52,219 nucleotides of DNA from positions 1-52,219 of the forward strand of contig JBGAIQ010000042.1 in the NCBI GenBank assembly GCA_044225365.1, given 5' to 3'. Positions 49,583 through 52,219 of the stretch are shown in pieces (within the stretch, counting starts at the first letter, position 1; every line of letters begins with the position of its first letter). The notes under the pieces are model-generated. The model was not told the DNA's origin and did no database searches. It saw nothing but the letters and a program-made list of their open reading frames with translations. The DNA is from Planctomycetota bacterium. Lineage in GTDB: Bacteria; Planctomycetota; B15-G4; JADJEK01. A program made the translations under genes and the position numbers.

Positions 49583-50767
49583 GTGCACGATCGAACCCCG
49601 CCCTGGCCGCGTCTCGATGCCTGGGAACTGGAAGACTTCTTCCGTTCCCTGCGCGCGGCCGTCCTCGAATACGAGGAGGGATTCCGGACGGGTACGCTCG
49701 CAGCCAAACTCGCCGATGTCGATCTGACGGAACGGGTCGGACCCGACATTGCGCAGACCTACGAACGACTCGCCGCGGAAGGATCGGATCGGCTGATCGA
49801 ACTGCGCCAGAGTGCGGTCCACGCATTGATCGATCAAGCGCGTCAGGAGATCTTCGAACTGCGGGAGTTTGCCTCGGCGCGGGTGATCGCGACGGCACGC
49901 GGCGCGCGGGCCGAACCGAACGGAAACCCCACGCCGACCGACGATGCCGAACACTCGCACGATACGCGTCCCCCGCGAATCGTTGCCGCGTCGCTGCGGG
50001 ACGGTCCCGAGGAGTTCGTGCGACTCGACCAAGTGCTCGCCGCGCGCTTCTGGGGCATCGGATTCGTCTTCGACGATCCGCCGACGACGACGGAGGTCGC
50101 GCGCGAGGTTGCGCGGGAGACGGCGTCACGGCTCGGTCGGGATCTGCGCCATCTCCAGAAGGTGCTGCTCCGTTTTCGTCCGAACGACGTCTCCGCCGTG
50201 ACTCGGATGGTGCCGCGCCCCGAGGAGCGTGGATTCGAACAGCTCATGATCGACATCCTCAACGAGGAGCGACCGTGCTCGCGCGCGGCGCCGCTCTCCG
50301 AGGACTTCCTCGAGAAGACGGACTTGCGCGTGCGCTATCCGGGCCTCGAGCGCAAGCGTGGCGGTCGCGTCCAGGTCACGCAGATCACCGACGAGACGAT
50401 GCACCGCGAGAAGCTCGAGCGCATCCGTCACGTGAATCAGTTCGTCGTGCTCTCGCCGCTCACGCTCGCACGATTCGTGAACGGAGAACTGCATCAACGC
50501 GGCAATGGTCCTCGGGCGCTCGAGCACTTCGATCTCGACGCGTTCTGGCACTGCCTGCCGGACCTTCCGACCGACGTGCCGTCGCTCGCCGCGTCGATCA
50601 AGCGCCTGCTCATCGGTGCGCTCCGAAAGCCCGTCACGAGCCCGCGCGGTCCGCTCGCGCACGTGCCGTGGGCGCTCCGCAACGTGATCCGGATCTACGT
50701 CCGCAACGACGTGTTCCGAGCCACGCGCGAACTGCGCGACCATCTGTCGCGCGAGGACGACGACTGA
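49583..50767 (+). CDS. Hypothetical protein, possible PD-(D/E)XK-like C-terminal domain
   Basis: 394-aa ORF with host-like codon usage filling the gap. Segment GFEQLMIDILNE...EDFLEKTDLRV...RVQVT. Confidence 0.65.
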   Translation: MHDRTPPWPRLDAWELEDFFRSLRAAVLEYEEGFRTGTLAAKLADVDLTERVGPDIAQTYERLAAEGSDRLIELRQSAVHALIDQARQEIFELREFASARVIATARGARAEPNGNPTPTDDAEHSHDTRPPRIVAASLRDGPEEFVRLDQVLAARFWGIGFVFDDPPTTTEVAREVARETASRLGRDLRHLQKVLLRFRPNDVSAVTRMVPRPEERGFEQLMIDILNEERPCSRAAPLSEDFLEKTDLRVRYPGLERKRGGRVQVTQITDETMHREKLERIRHVNQFVVLSPLTLARFVNGELHQRGNGPRALEHFDLDAFWHCLPDLPTDVPSLAASIKRLLIGALRKPVTSPRGPLAHVPWALRNVIRIYVRNDVFRATRELRDHLSREDDD

Positions 50768-50785
50768 TCCGCGATCGCGGGTCGC

Positions 50786-52219
50786 TCAGGGAGCGGGCGG
50801 CGTCGGCGAAGCAGGAGCGTCGGTCGACGGGGCATGCGGCTTGCCGCGCGCTGCGAGCAGCATGAACAGCATGAGCGCCACCATCACGATCAGCGCCCAC
50901 GCGTCGCTCGAAGCGAGCTTCCAACCGAGCCACTCGGTGTCGCGCAGCACGGCGAACTTCGGGTGGTTCCCCTTGTCGAAGTCGTAGCCGTCCATGAAGG
51001 TCTGCATCGCGGCGAGGATGCCAAGGATCGACGCACCGGCAATGAGTCCGGACGAGAAGAGGACGCCATGCGGCTCGTCCTCGGCGTCGGGCACGCGCTT
51101 GTACCACTTGTCCGCGAGCTTGCGGACGAGGCCGCCGAGGAAGACCGGCATCGTCGACGACAGCGGCAGGTACACGCCGACCGCGAACGTCAGCGAGCCG
51201 AAGCCCATCAACTCGATGAACAGCGCGATCGCCGCGCCGAGCAGGATGAGGTCCCACGGCAGCGTGCGATTGAGCAGCCCGTCGATCACGACCGACATGA
51301 GTCGCGCCTGCGGCGCCGAGAGTCCGCCCGAGCCGATCCCGTCGAGTCGTCGAATCTTCGCCTCGTGCGTCGTGGGATCGACGAGGTAGTTGCCGCCGAT
51401 CACGCCTTCGAACTCGCCGTCGCGCACACGAACGAACTTGTAGGTCGCGGCGACGTCGAGGATCGCCGCGCCCGGCGCAGCCGCGGTCGGCGTAGTGTCC
51501 GTCGTCGCCTTCTTGCGCGGAGTGAAATCGACCGACTCCGCCTGTTCGACGCGATCCGCGGGCAGCACGAGCGCCTTCGTCACTGGCTCGTACGTCGTCT
51601 TCGACTCGTTCAAGAGGTACGCCGTCCAGCCGACGGCGAGCACCGAGCAGATGACGCCGATGAGCAGCGTGCCCTGCTGGCGCACGGGGGTCGAGCCGAC
51701 GAGGTAGCCCGTCTTCAGGTCCTGGGAGCAGGTACCGGCGTTGCTGATCGCGACGCAGACCACGGCACCGATGATCAGCGCGAGGCGACTGTACTGGATG
51801 CCCGCGTAGCCCTGGTAGAGGAACGCGGCGCAAACGGCCATCAGCACGCCGATCGTCATGCCCGAGAGCGGGCACGACGAACTGCCGACCTCGCCGGTGA
51901 TGCGCGAACTCACGACCGCGAACAGGAAGCCGAGCGCGAGGATGAGCGCCGCGCCAAGCAGGCTCATGTGGAACATCGGGACGGCCCAGATGATGCCGAC
52001 GATGAGCAGGGCGCCGACGGCGAGGACGAGCGCGGGAGTGTCGCGATCGGTGCGTTCGCCGGAGCTCTTGCCGCCGCCACCGAGCGCCTTCATCGACGCG
52101 AACAGCGAGGAGAAGATCGCGGGCAATGCGCGCAGGAGGCCGATGATGCCGCCCGTCGCCACCGCGCCGGCGCCGATGTACTTGACGTAGTTGCTCCAGA
52201 TCTCGTCGGCCGTCATCTG
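50786..52219 (-). CDS. OPT-family oligopeptide transporter, C-terminal part (start lies beyond the window)
   Basis: Motifs YIGAGAVATGG, GEVGSSSCPLSGMTI, SQDLKTGYLVGSTPVRQQ, APQARLM, FAVGVYLPL and GVLFSSGLIAG. Confidence 0.93.
   Translation of the reverse strand, partial: QMTADEIWSNYVKYIGAGAVATGGIIGLLRALPAIFSSLFASMKALGGGGKSSGERTDRDTPALVLAVGALLIVGIIWAVPMFHMSLLGAALILALGFLFAVVSSRITGEVGSSSCPLSGMTIGVLMAVCAAFLYQGYAGIQYSRLALIIGAVVCVAISNAGTCSQDLKTGYLVGSTPVRQQGTLLIGVICSVLAVGWTAYLLNESKTTYEPVTKALVLPADRVEQAESVDFTPRKKATTDTTPTAAAPGAAILDVAATYKFVRVRDGEFEGVIGGNYLVDPTTHEAKIRRLDGIGSGGLSAPQARLMSVVIDGLLNRTLPWDLILLGAAIALFIELMGFGSLTFAVGVYLPLSSTMPVFLGGLVRKLADKWYKRVPDAEDEPHGVLFSSGLIAGASILGILAAMQTFMDGYDFDKGNHPKFAVLRDTEWLGWKLASSDAWALIVMVALMLFMLLAARGKPHAPSTDAPASPTPPAP

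Overview
High-GC bacterial window, densely coded, with about 38 genes. The abundance of Ser/Thr kinase, carboxypeptidase-regulatory-like repeat proteins and secreted beta-propeller proteins suggests an uncultured Planctomycetota (inference). From left to right it holds: a GT4 glycosyltransferase, two secreted propeller proteins, a radical SAM/SPASM enzyme and a gamma-CA/S9 peptidase/GT4 operon; a TetR-HlyD-ABC efflux operon converging on an RND pump across a composite repeat/MITE region; a small NHLP-clan (Os1348-like) protein translationally coupled to the RND operon and divergent from a GAF-sigma54 activator; SOD, ElbB and an ankyrin protein; three carboxypeptidase-regulatory-like repeat proteins and a cyanobacterial-type squalene synthase; an ABC ATPase plus a permease-CPBP protease fusion; three secreted proteins sharing an unnamed C-terminal domain; a 35-bp hairpin tandem array; MOSC; a pseudokinase-kinase tandem; Gfo/Idh/MocA; Nif3; a possible PD-(D/E)XK-fold protein; and a partial OPT transporter. 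No rRNA, tRNA, CRISPR array, transposase or integrase was seen. Best leads: the NHLP-like peptide/RND/sigma54 module, the shared C-terminal domain, and the two repeat regions. All family calls come from motif recognition by eye, not database searches.
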